A stretch of DNA of 63,684 nucleotides, filler included, from Stramenopiles sp. TOSAG23-2 (Eukaryota): assembly GCA_900128395.1 (NCBI GenBank). It is 10 parts of 10 records of this genome, joined end to end, with 100 filler letters (N's around TTAATTAATTAA, not from the genome) between each part and the next. Parts side by side here need not be neighbours in the genome. Positions count along the whole stretch, not along the records: positions 1 to 6,845 come from LT650398.1; positions 6,946 to 13,786 come from LT650399.1; 8 more parts are not named here. The stretch is one strand, 5' to 3'. Positions 1 to 10,300 of this stretch are shown piece after piece; position 1 is the first letter of the stretch, and the number at the start of each line of letters is the position of its first letter. Position numbers and translations under genes: made by a program. Under the pieces are notes generated by a model that had not been told where the DNA came from, ran no database searches, and worked only from the letters and a program-made list of their open reading frames with translations.

Positions 1-806
1 AAAATATTACGAAAGTCTTCGCATTCTTTAATATAACATATTTACGATTTGAACAACGAGGCGGGTGGGCTGCATATCTTTGCGTCCTTCCCGCTCTCAG
101 TTTAGGTACATAAACATGTGGATATTACCGGAGAAACTTCATGGTGACTTGTATGTCATATATAATCGCGATAATATTCCAAACAAAAATTATTCTTTTT
201 TTTTTTGGAAAATAATTTTAAAATTATATATTTAGATTGTAAGTCATAAACAGCAAAAAAAAACACAAGAAAATAATCAACTAAAAGCGTAAAAACCAGA
301 AGGTTGGAGAACATAATAACCCTTCTTATCAGAAGTTTATATGACGTGTCTGATCGCACAGTCTATTAACATATAAATCAAAATAAGTAAAAAAATTATG
401 AATAGCAAGCCCCATATATATCAATATATATGTATATTATATATTATATATATATATATATATCATATATTGACATTATATGAGATTTGGAAAATACGGA
501 TAAACACCCATATTTTTTATTATATTGTACGACACACGAGATGGAGAACATTCTATTCACGGTGCGAATGTAATAATAAATTTATGACTAGTATAAAATC
601 GAAAAAGATATTGAGATTGGTCATGTACAGCAATGTTTTTGGCATTGTATATATTTTTCATAAAAATATTTAAAAAAAATATAAAAAAGAGAAATAAATA
701 TAAGTCAAAACAACAAAAAACAAAAAAATAATACTTTTTTAATACTCTTTACACAAAAGATACGTACACCCTGATACCCACACTTTTTTTCCCCCATCTC
801 TCTCCA

Positions 807-1949
807 TCACCGTTTAATTCTAACACCCAGCATTTCATTTGCTTTTTGCACTTCTTTACAAAATTTTTTATGTGTTTTCCAATCTTTAACTTGACATTCA
901 CGGCTACAATAGCGTACACGTTTACATCGACTGCATGATTTTAATTTACCACCATCTGCTTCTGCATCTATTTTTTTACAAACAATGCATTCTTTTTTTG
1001 AAGTATCTATTTTCAACACTGTATCACCTTTTTTTTTACTCAATGATTTAGATGCTTTAGCTGTATGGCCTCTCTCCGATTGATTTGTTGCCATTTGCAT
1101 CAACTCCATTGCTTTTTTATCTATTGCACCATATACACCAAAGGTTTCAAATAAATTAATTGCTGTATAAAAGTCTGGAGTTTCACTTTTTTTATTGTTA
1201 TTGTTATTATTATTAGTCTCAGCATTGTTTGTAAGAAATTCAAAAATATCTGAATTATATAATTGTTCTGGATGTCCACCATCGGAATTTGTTTTTAATA
1301 CATCAAAACATTCCATACATACTAAACGTTCAATAAAACGCGTACCTATATTTGGTATGTTAGTTGCAATATTCATAAACATACTTCGTATCACCACTTT
1401 TTTTTCTTTCTTCTTCTCAGAAGATGGTAGTTGTAATTTTCCACAGACAGGACATAATAAACAAGCTCGATAATCAGGCCATTCAAACGATGATGTACGT
1501 TTGGAATTTTCAAATTGAACCCATAAATGATATACATCACTTGATGTTAAATATACTTCACCAAGAACATAAGACATGCTAGGCCCCATTAAAATCACAA
1601 CAATTTCTGCACCACGAAATTTCACTCTACCAGATTCACCACCAACTAATGGATCACGTAATACATTAACTTTTCCTTTATCCAAACTTTCAATGATAAA
1701 CCGTGCACCATGACTATTATTTGGAAATAATAAATGTTGTTGCATTGTTTTCATACCCGTTGTTTCGTACACCCAAGGCCATTCACCTTTCTGTAATTGT
1801 GCAGGGATAATACTATTTTCATTTTCAAGTTTTAATGCTGCAACTAACTCCTTGGATTTCTTTGGGTTTTCCTTAACAACTTTTCCAGGATGTGGTACTT
1901 TTTGCTTTAAATATTTTTTTTTCTTGCTTTTCTTCTTTTTGCTACTCAT
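807..1949 (-). CDS. MYND-type zinc finger protein
   Basis: C-terminal CIVC...CSRCKRVRYCSRECQVKDWKTHKKFC matches the zf-MYND pattern. First ATG (MSSKKKK) is at 1949; the ORF track start at 1988 is TTG. Confidence 0.85.
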   Translation of the reverse strand: MSSKKKKSKKKKYLKQKVPHPGKVVKENPKKSKELVAALKLENENSIIPAQLQKGEWPWVYETTGMKTMQQHLLFPNNSHGARFIIESLDKGKVNVLRDPLVGGESGRVKFRGAEIVVILMGPSMSYVLGEVYLTSSDVYHLWVQFENSKRTSSFEWPDYRACLLCPVCGKLQLPSSEKKKEKKVVIRSMFMNIATNIPNIGTRFIERLVCMECFDVLKTNSDGGHPEQLYNSDIFEFLTNNAETNNNNNNNKKSETPDFYTAINLFETFGVYGAIDKKAMELMQMATNQSERGHTAKASKSLSKKKGDTVLKIDTSKKECIVCKKIDAEADGGKLKSCSRCKRVRYCSRECQVKDWKTHKKFCKEVQKANEMLGVRIKR

Positions 1950-2481
1950 TGTACTAATAGGTAATGTGGTAATTATAATAATAAACAATTATATAAATAG
2001 TTAAACAATTAATCACATGATACAATAACTCAAAAAATGTATTTATTCATTTTCCTTCGTATGTACATTATTATATTATTATTATTTGTAAAAAAATGAA
2101 GAAATAATAATAAATAAATTCCCCCCAGATCGATATACATGGAAAATGTCAACAATAAATTCTTAATAAAACATCCAATAAATTTTTCAATCCAAAGCTA
2201 TAAATAGGAATATTATATTTTAAAGTATAAACAAATATACCTATGGAACTTCCATCATCAAAATGATATTTTGCCTTAATAATACCCGTAAAAATTTGAT
2301 CAAAAATCATCTCGGCGCACATCCCTTAAACCCAGATGCAAAAGAAGAAAAAAAAAACTACTAATAAATAAACAAATAGAAAAGAAGTATTAAAAGTGGA
2401 TCCAAAGACGAAACAAACGAATGTATGTATATATAATACAAACGACAAACAATTTTTACATAATTGAAATTGTTGATTACT

Positions 2482-3606
2482 ATGAGCATTCATAATATTG
2501 ATAACAATATAAGCTTAATACAAGAAGAACAAGAACAAATACAACCAACGATGAATTCATCATATACAATGATACGAAGTGGTGATTATTATTCGACGTT
2601 TTATGGTCACCGTGCACGATATTTAAAAACTCTTTTAACTAGTTTAAGACAGATTCATACAAAGAAAAATAATACACCACCAACCTGTATTTTTTTAGGT
2701 GGTGATTCAAGCTTAGATAATAAAGCTTGGCTATTTGATAATTTAATGCAGTCGTCTCAAGCTTTGCAATATGATTATAGTCATGGGAAAAGATATTCTG
2801 CAAATTGTGTGAATGGATATGAACAACTTCTTGTAGAACCTAAAGGCATGGTTAAAGATATATGCTATTGGCTAAATTATAAACTAGAAAAAATCAATGA
2901 AACAAACCAAGCATCAAATAGTGATGAACCGTCTTACTTTGCATTAAATACTGCAGTTGAAGCTACAACTCTTGCTGAAAGAAGTGGGGGCTGTTACATG
3001 TGTTGTGTCGCTACTTGTGGTCGATTATTAGAATCCGACGAAGTTATTAGAGACCACCTAACAGAGAATGATTATTTAGTAGTATCTTTAGGTGGCAATG
3101 ATATTGCACTTGCACCATCAATATTTACGGTGATTTTCTTGATCTTGATTTTACTTTGTCCATTTTTCTTGTTATTTAAATACAATCCAATTGTATATTA
3201 TTTTGTTATTTTATTTAAACATCAAGTAAAGGCATATTTAAATAAAGTTATCAAGAACAAAAAGCCAAAGAAAATTGGTGTATGTTGCATCTATTATTTA
3301 GATGAAAGAAATGGTGAGAGCTGGGCTAATTGTGCTTTGTTTTGTCTATGTTATTGTACTTGTCCAAGTATGTTACAATATCGTATTCGTAAAATGTTTG
3401 AATTGGCAACAAGTGATATTAAAATAAAAGGTGTCGAAGTTATACCAATTGCATTATCTGATGCATTAGATGGGAAATCTACTGGTGATTATGTACAAAG
3501 AGTGGAACCATCTATTAGTGGCGGACAAAAAATGGCTAATTTAATTATATCGAAAATGTTTGGTATGCATAATGATACAAAAGTAAAAGAAGCGTATAAA
3601 GATTAA
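2482..3606 (+). CDS. SGNH/GDSL-hydrolase-like protein with an internal hydrophobic segment
   Basis: Block I-like FLGGDSSLDN, block III-like VVSLGGNDIAL and C-terminal VEPSISGGQKMA; hydrophobic stretch IFTVIFLILILLCPFFLLF. First ATG at 2482. Confidence 0.6.
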   Translation: MSIHNIDNNISLIQEEQEQIQPTMNSSYTMIRSGDYYSTFYGHRARYLKTLLTSLRQIHTKKNNTPPTCIFLGGDSSLDNKAWLFDNLMQSSQALQYDYSHGKRYSANCVNGYEQLLVEPKGMVKDICYWLNYKLEKINETNQASNSDEPSYFALNTAVEATTLAERSGGCYMCCVATCGRLLESDEVIRDHLTENDYLVVSLGGNDIALAPSIFTVIFLILILLCPFFLLFKYNPIVYYFVILFKHQVKAYLNKVIKNKKPKKIGVCCIYYLDERNGESWANCALFCLCYCTCPSMLQYRIRKMFELATSDIKIKGVEVIPIALSDALDGKSTGDYVQRVEPSISGGQKMANLIISKMFGMHNDTKVKEAYKD

Positions 3607-3878
3607 AAAAAAATTACGTAATATTCTCACATGTTTTGTCATATACAAAAAGTGTATATAATACGAGCGAGTATATATTATATAATATAATATATACTCA
3701 TATACTCGTATCATCAACACTCGCTTAGATTTTTAACCATCGATAATTACATAACGGGTCGTAAAATCATATTTACAAGAAATTTAAAAAAAAAATACAA
3801 ATTTTATCTTCGCTTTATCATATGATACACACTTTTTTCAATTTCAGTTTTGTAACATCGTATGATATTTACTCTCTG

Positions 3879-6086
3879 TTAATAATACGTTCTACTTCGA
3901 GCTGTTCGTTGAGATGCAGGTCTTTGTGCTTGCATGATACGATTTGTAAAATTAACACTATTTAGATGAACTCTTCTTGGATCTCTAATACGATTTTTTT
4001 TCTTCTTTGCATTGGTATTTGATTGATAGAGTGGTTTTGTTTTAAAACGATTTTGTCTATATGGTTGATTTGGAGGCATTCTGATTGGGATAAATTTAGC
4101 TGGTAATTCCATTGAATTTGTTTTACTATTCCGTCTTACTACCGTTGTTGATGTCCATGGTCTTAAAGATTCATTTTGTTGGAAAAACATCATATTATTT
4201 TCTGCAACATTATTATTACTTTGCATTCTACCATGATGATTATCAACATTATAATTAAAAGCGGGATCATTATTTTTCGCAGAATAATGAGGATCATGTT
4301 TTAAATATCTACCATTTTTTTTCAAATTACCACTTGATTTAGTAATTTGTGCTCGTAAATCTTCTATTGTATGATCTTTTAGTCTCATTTGTGCTTCCAA
4401 GCCACGAACCATCATTTCAAGTCGGTCAATTTTGTCTCTATTTTCTTGTAGCATTAATTCATATGTTTCAGGAATATTATTATTATTATTGTTATCCATC
4501 ATACCAAAAACATTGTTATTATTGTTGTTCGCTACATTATTTGATGTATTATTATTTACATCATTATTACTAATATTATTAGCATCATCATTACTAATAT
4601 TATCATTTGCATCATTGTTACTATTTACATTATTTGTTTCGCTTTTCTCTTCTTCATCATTTACATTACTTGAAGTAACAGTAATATTATCATTATTATT
4701 TACAGTATCACTACTAACGTTTTTATCTTCCTCATCGTGTTTTTTAAAATATCGTTTATGCCACGATGATTCTTTTGCTGCTTTTTGTCTCATTTCTTCT
4801 TCATGCATCTTTTTTTCTTTTTCCGCTGCTGCTTTTTTATAGATTTCAAATGCTTCCTTTGCATCCAAGTCTTTAATACCATTTTCACCATCATGATGTT
4901 TTTCTCTCACTTCTAACATAGCCTTTTCAAATTGAGCATCGAATTCTTTTTGTAATTGTTTTGCCTTTCTTTTTGCTTCTTTTTTCGCTTGTTTTTCTTC
5001 TTCTGTCATTTCGCTTTTTGGTTTCATTGCAGTTGATGGATTGCCATGCTCATCCATGGTAATTTCCTCTTCCATCATCATCATCATGTCTTCATTTAAA
5101 CTATGGAGGTCTGCATGGCTGCTATTATAACTTCCATCAATTGATGATGCTACCGTATTTGCTGTCGATGGACGATTGTTAGAAGCAGACGATGGCGATC
5201 TATTGTTTATATTACGACCGGTGTTATGATGATGTGCAATATTTTGATGAGTTCCAATATTATTCATTGCTATGCTATTATTATAATTATTATTATTAGC
5301 ATTTGCTGCAGCTGCTTGTTGTTCAGCTAATTTTCGTGATTGATGTGCTTGTTTAATCATTGCTTCTGCTTCTACTTTTGTTATTTGCAATTCACGCTTT
5401 AAATCATCTACTTTATCTTCTGTGCGATGAAATTTACGACGTAAGCTTGCAACAACATGTTGTAAATGTGTTACCTTATGTTTATGCGCTTTTTGTATTT
5501 CACGTCGTCTTAATGAAGAAAATAATTTTAACCAACGAATTAATTGTACTTGCCTATGTTGATGGTCACTTTGAAATGTCAAAGTATGAATTTTACGATC
5601 CAACTCCACACGTCTTTTTTTTTCCATTGCCAATTCTGCTTGCGCTGCTGCTAAAACGGTTCGCATATGTTTTACCATCTCATTCGATAGCTCCCCAGAT
5701 GCAAAAATTTTGGCAATTTTTTGTAAATAACGTACACTTGGTTTTAATGTATTTTTTAAACGAGTTAATTTTGTTAAAGGTATTACTAAATGTAACTGAA
5801 CTTCAGTCGGCAAAGGATATAACGCTAATAATCTATCTTTCACACCTAATAAATCATTAACAACATCTTCAAGTTCAAGAACACACTGCATTGCACTATC
5901 GCTTTCTTTTAAATCATCTGCTAAACCTAGATCTACAGATCCACCATTACTACTATCATCACTATCATCACTATCAGTATCTGAATCTTCATAAGTATCA
6001 TTATCGTTTGGAAATATATTATTTGTTATTTCGTCTTCATCATTTTCAAATTCCAATTGTGCTACTTTATTAAACGTATGTTCCAA
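3879..6086 (-). CDS. Coiled-coil / Asn-rich hypothetical protein, 5' end missing or disrupted
   Basis: 735-codon open frame with helical charged segments and poly-N tracts. It begins at a TTG exactly at the junction with a duplicated internal segment, so the true start is not visible. Confidence 0.7.
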   Translation of the reverse strand: MEHTFNKVAQLEFENDEDEITNNIFPNDNDTYEDSDTDSDDSDDSSNGGSVDLGLADDLKESDSAMQCVLELEDVVNDLLGVKDRLLALYPLPTEVQLHLVIPLTKLTRLKNTLKPSVRYLQKIAKIFASGELSNEMVKHMRTVLAAAQAELAMEKKRRVELDRKIHTLTFQSDHQHRQVQLIRWLKLFSSLRRREIQKAHKHKVTHLQHVVASLRRKFHRTEDKVDDLKRELQITKVEAEAMIKQAHQSRKLAEQQAAAANANNNNYNNSIAMNNIGTHQNIAHHHNTGRNINNRSPSSASNNRPSTANTVASSIDGSYNSSHADLHSLNEDMMMMMEEEITMDEHGNPSTAMKPKSEMTEEEKQAKKEAKRKAKQLQKEFDAQFEKAMLEVREKHHDGENGIKDLDAKEAFEIYKKAAAEKEKKMHEEEMRQKAAKESSWHKRYFKKHDEEDKNVSSDTVNNNDNITVTSSNVNDEEEKSETNNVNSNNDANDNISNDDANNISNNDVNNNTSNNVANNNNNNVFGMMDNNNNNNIPETYELMLQENRDKIDRLEMMVRGLEAQMRLKDHTIEDLRAQITKSSGNLKKNGRYLKHDPHYSAKNNDPAFNYNVDNHHGRMQSNNNVAENNMMFFQQNESLRPWTSTTVVRRNSKTNSMELPAKFIPIRMPPNQPYRQNRFKTKPLYQSNTNAKKKKNRIRDPRRVHLNSVNFTNRIMQAQRPASQRTARSRTYY

Positions 6087-6615
6087 GGATGATGTTTTAA
6101 ATATCTACCATTTTTTTTTCAAATTACCACTTGATTTAGTAATTTGTGCTCGTAAATCTTCTATTGTATGATCTTTTAGTCTCATTTGTGCTTCCAAGCC
6201 ACGAACCATCATTTCAAGTCGGTCAATTTTGTCTCTATTTTCTTGTAGCATTAATTCATATGTTTCAGGAATATTATTATTATTATTGTTATCCATCATA
6301 CCAAAAACATTGTTATTATTGTTGTTCGCTACATTATTTGATGTATTATTATTTACATCATTATTACTAATATTATTAGCATCATCATTACTAATATTAT
6401 CATTTGCATCATTGTTACTATTTACATTATTTGTTTCGCTTTTCTCTTCTTCATCATTTACATTACTTGAAGTAACAGTAATATTATCATTATTATTTAC
6501 AGTATCACTACTAACGTTTTTATCTTCCTCATCGTGTTTTTTAAAATATCGTTTATGCCACGATGATTCTTTTGCTGCTTTTTGTCTCATTTCTTCTTCA
6601 TGCATCTTTTTTTCT
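6086..6615. repeat. Dispersed direct duplicate of 4290..4818 (about 530 bp)
   Basis: Identical to 4290..4818 apart from one extra T in a T-run and one substitution near the left junction; produces the duplicate ORF 6105..6659. Confidence 0.95.
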
Positions 6616-6845
6616 CCTCCTCTGTTGTTAGTTGTTAGTCGATACGTAAGTACTTTCAAATTATAGTTTATAATATGAATTAATAACTAATAAACAACGT
6701 TTGTAATACATCACTCATTGATATATATATATATATACCAAACATACAATGTACTTCTTCAAAGTTTCTCAATCATTTTCGTCTTGTTAATTACCATCAT
6801 CAACAACAATTAATAATAATAATAATAATAATAATACACAAACAC

Positions 6846-6945
6846 NNNNNNNNNNNNNNNNNNNNNNNNNNNNNNNNNNNNNNNNNNNNTTAATTAATTA
6901 ANNNNNNNNNNNNNNNNNNNNNNNNNNNNNNNNNNNNNNNNNNNN
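6846..6945. other. Artificial contig spacer N44-TTAATTAATTAA-N44
   Basis: 100-bp spacer whose core has stop codons in all six frames; identical at nine positions. Confidence 0.99.
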
Positions 6946-7325
6946 CTCTAGCACTATTACTATGTATAAAAATTTTATTTAGCATGTCATTATCATTATA
7001 ATATTAATATTATACTACTGTAGCTACAAATCTATAAAAGAGAGATTCGGTATTATACTTTACCAAGTAACTTTACGAGGATACTAAAAACCTATTAATA
7101 TAAAAGAAATTAAAATGTTGCGAAAAAAATAAAAGGCTATCCAGCTATGTTTATTACTAAGTATATAAGTTAATAAAGTTATAATTAATAAAAGAGTTAA
7201 AAGTTAATAAATAATCTATAAATCTAACACATAGACAAGAATCATTTAGCAAATCTATCGTATATGAAGCTCTGTAAAAGATTATTGATATCCATAAACA
7301 TCAACCACGCTACAATAAATAAATC

Positions 7326-10300
7326 ATGGCTTTAAAGTTAAAAAAATTCAAGCGCGCGGCAAAGCTTGTATCACATTCTCAGCATATGGCTATTAAAAAG
7401 AAACCGGTAGATGTTACGTTAAAAGTATTAGTACGTTGCCGTCCATTTTCTGAAGATGATCTTCTCGGTATGTTCATTCGTGATGGTGGAAAAGAAAAAA
7501 GTGAGATACAAATTGTTAATGGAGAGCATGGCTCTCGCTACGCATTCCAAGAATCTTGGTGGAGTGCATATGGCTATGAAAGACATATGCAACCTGATGA
7601 AACAGGATATGCAGCACGAGCTGGGGATATGGAACTAATTAGCCAAGAAACTATATATAATAACGTGGGAGTAAAAATGCTAGATTTAGTATTAAATGGT
7701 GAGGTTGTAGTCATATTTGCATATGGCTTAAGTGGCTCTGGTAAAACATTCACCGTGTTTGGTCCTGATATGATAACAGATCCGGAAGCATGGTACAAAA
7801 GTTCCATACCACATAAAAGTTGGGGACTTTTTCCAAGAGTTGCATATGATATCTTTAAACGTGCGAAACCTGGATGGAAAATAAGTATAAAATATTTTCA
7901 AAATGTTGTAGATACTGTGCGAGATTTATTATCAATGCAAGCTACTGAAAAATATTACAAGGAAGGCATGCATAAAGATGCATCTGGTTTTATTGATATT
8001 AAATGGTGCCGTTCTGAAGTCTTGGAATCGTGGGAAGATTTGATAAAAGTGTTTACACGTGCAAATGATCGAAAATCTATTTCACCAACCCAATTTAACC
8101 ATGCATCAACACGTGGCCACTGTATATTAATATTTCAGGTAGAAAGACCACATCCGCAAGATAGTAAAGTTAGACAAACAGGGCGAATGTACATATCAGA
8201 TTTAGCAGGTGCAGAACCGGCAGGGGATGTTGTATATGCAAGATATGATCGAATAGAATGCGATGATGGTTCTATTGAATATAAATACATCGGGCCTCAT
8301 CCAAATAAAGAAAAGACAAAACGCTTACAAAATCAAGGGAAAAAAATTAATTTATCGTTATCAGAAATGACACAATATTTTCATAAAATGGCATTAGCAA
8401 TTAAAAAAAAAAAGTTAAAGCATGGTGCTTCGATCCCAGGTTGTAACAGCTTCTTCTTGGGGAAATTTTTGAAGGAAACGCTATTGCATGCGCATACATA
8501 TTTATGTGCCGCTGTCAGGCCAGAGGCAAAGTTCGAAAGATATAACATATCAACCCTAGAATTTGCTAAAAGTGCATCTTTAGTTAAACTTGGGCCGCAG
8601 CAGGTCAATCGAAAACAAACCTCACATAAACATACAGAACTCTTAGGTCATATGAGCGAAATGGAAGAAAAGCTGAAAAAATTAGAGGAGCAAAATAAGT
8701 TATTGCAAGATGATGATGATAAAGATGAAGAACAAATATTGCTTTTGAAAAAGCAATTAGCAGATAAGGAAAAAGAATTGCGAGATCATGTAAAAAATGA
8801 ACATTTGAAAGAGCAAGAGGAAATTCTCAAACAAGTAAATGCACATTCAAAAGTATACGAAAAATCCGGAATAACGTTGCTAATAAATCCAGAAATGGAA
8901 GGTAAATTCAAGTGTCCATATTTAATCAATGTTGATGATGATCCATACTCCAATAATCGTTACGTATATTTATTAAGTCGTAACGTTACTAACTTTGGGT
9001 TACATCAAGACATTGAACCAATTATCCATCAGGATCTAGTAGAAAACTTCTGTACCATCGAAGTCGTAACTCATGATAAAGAAACTGGAAGCGATTCGCC
9101 ATCTCCTCAATTGACATTGATAGCACGAGATGGAGTAGTGCATCACAATGGTATCTCCATGTTTAAAGATGAAGCACATACATTAGTTTCTGGGGATCGT
9201 ATAGCATTTAATGGGGAAATCATGATGTTGGTTTATCCTGGTGATGATAAGCATGGTCCAAACTTCAAATCTGCAGCGGATGCATATGCGGAATATGGCC
9301 GAGGTGTCTTGGAGTCAAATAAATTACCTGTAGGCAAAGGAGAAGATTTAAAAAATGCTATTTTTGAGAAAGAAAATGAAGCAGAGTATTTAAATAAAGT
9401 TGTCGATAGATTAACACCCCTCCTGACAAAAGCAAAACGCATCTGTAAGATACTGAATCGCTCTGAAATTGATTTGTCAGTAGATGTACAAGCACATTAT
9501 GATACATCCATTATGAGCAACAGCGATACAGTGAAAAGAGCTGCTAATCATTCAGAAACTAAGTTACAGATTGGAATCAAAGCCACAAATACAAGTACTA
9601 ATCACTACACAATATTAGATATTGAAAGCTTCAAAAGCACGATGAGTATTCTTGAGGATGAAATGCGAAGTTTAGAATCGGCTATAGACGATGGCATATC
9701 CTATACAGTTGGGAAATCTCACGACCCGCTTGTGCTTTTTTTCGATCATATGTTTGAATTTGCATTTATTACTTTCCCATACAAAGATTTACTTGTTAAT
9801 AAAAAGAAGCTTTCAAAATCTCTGGCATTAAAAAGCCTTGTAACACCACACAAAGATGTTGGAACAATTGATATGGAATTCACTTTTAAAAGTAAAAAGC
9901 GGGAAATTGTTGTTGGAAAACCATTTCAAATGGATATGGAAATCAAAAAGGTGAAAAATTTACAAACAGATGCGCAACAAATATTGTGTAGATCATCTTT
10001 TGTAAATCAACATGAATTTATCACAGAGGTTGTGGAGGAGAGCACCAAAACTAAGAACGCGTTTGATATAAATTATTCTCAAAGCTATCAAGTAAGCAAA
10101 ATGTTGCACAAGCAGGTTGAATTTTTGAATAATTCGCAATTGATTTTGATTCTATGCGTAAATCTAGCAAATCCAAATCCGAGAGAAGATAATATAATAT
10201 CCACTGCAAGTAAAGATATTGTTAAGAATCTTATTTATAGTAAAGAGATCACAAGTTCACTCGGGGATGAATTAATATTAGCTAAGCGAATATCAGATTA

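Noticed and set aside
156-673. Short ORFs 156..359 and 398..673, and similar I/Y/F-rich ORFs elsewhere
   Set aside because: Translations of (AT)n-rich intergenic DNA with no protein-like motifs.
4349-6666. Hydrophobic Leu/Tyr-rich antisense ORFs resembling membrane proteins
   Set aside because: Shadows of AAT/GAA-rich codons on the coding strand.
6890-6901. TTAATTAATTAA recurring about every 6.9 kb as a possible regulatory or recombination site
   Set aside because: Always centred in 44+44 N; it is a synthetic six-frame-stop linker.
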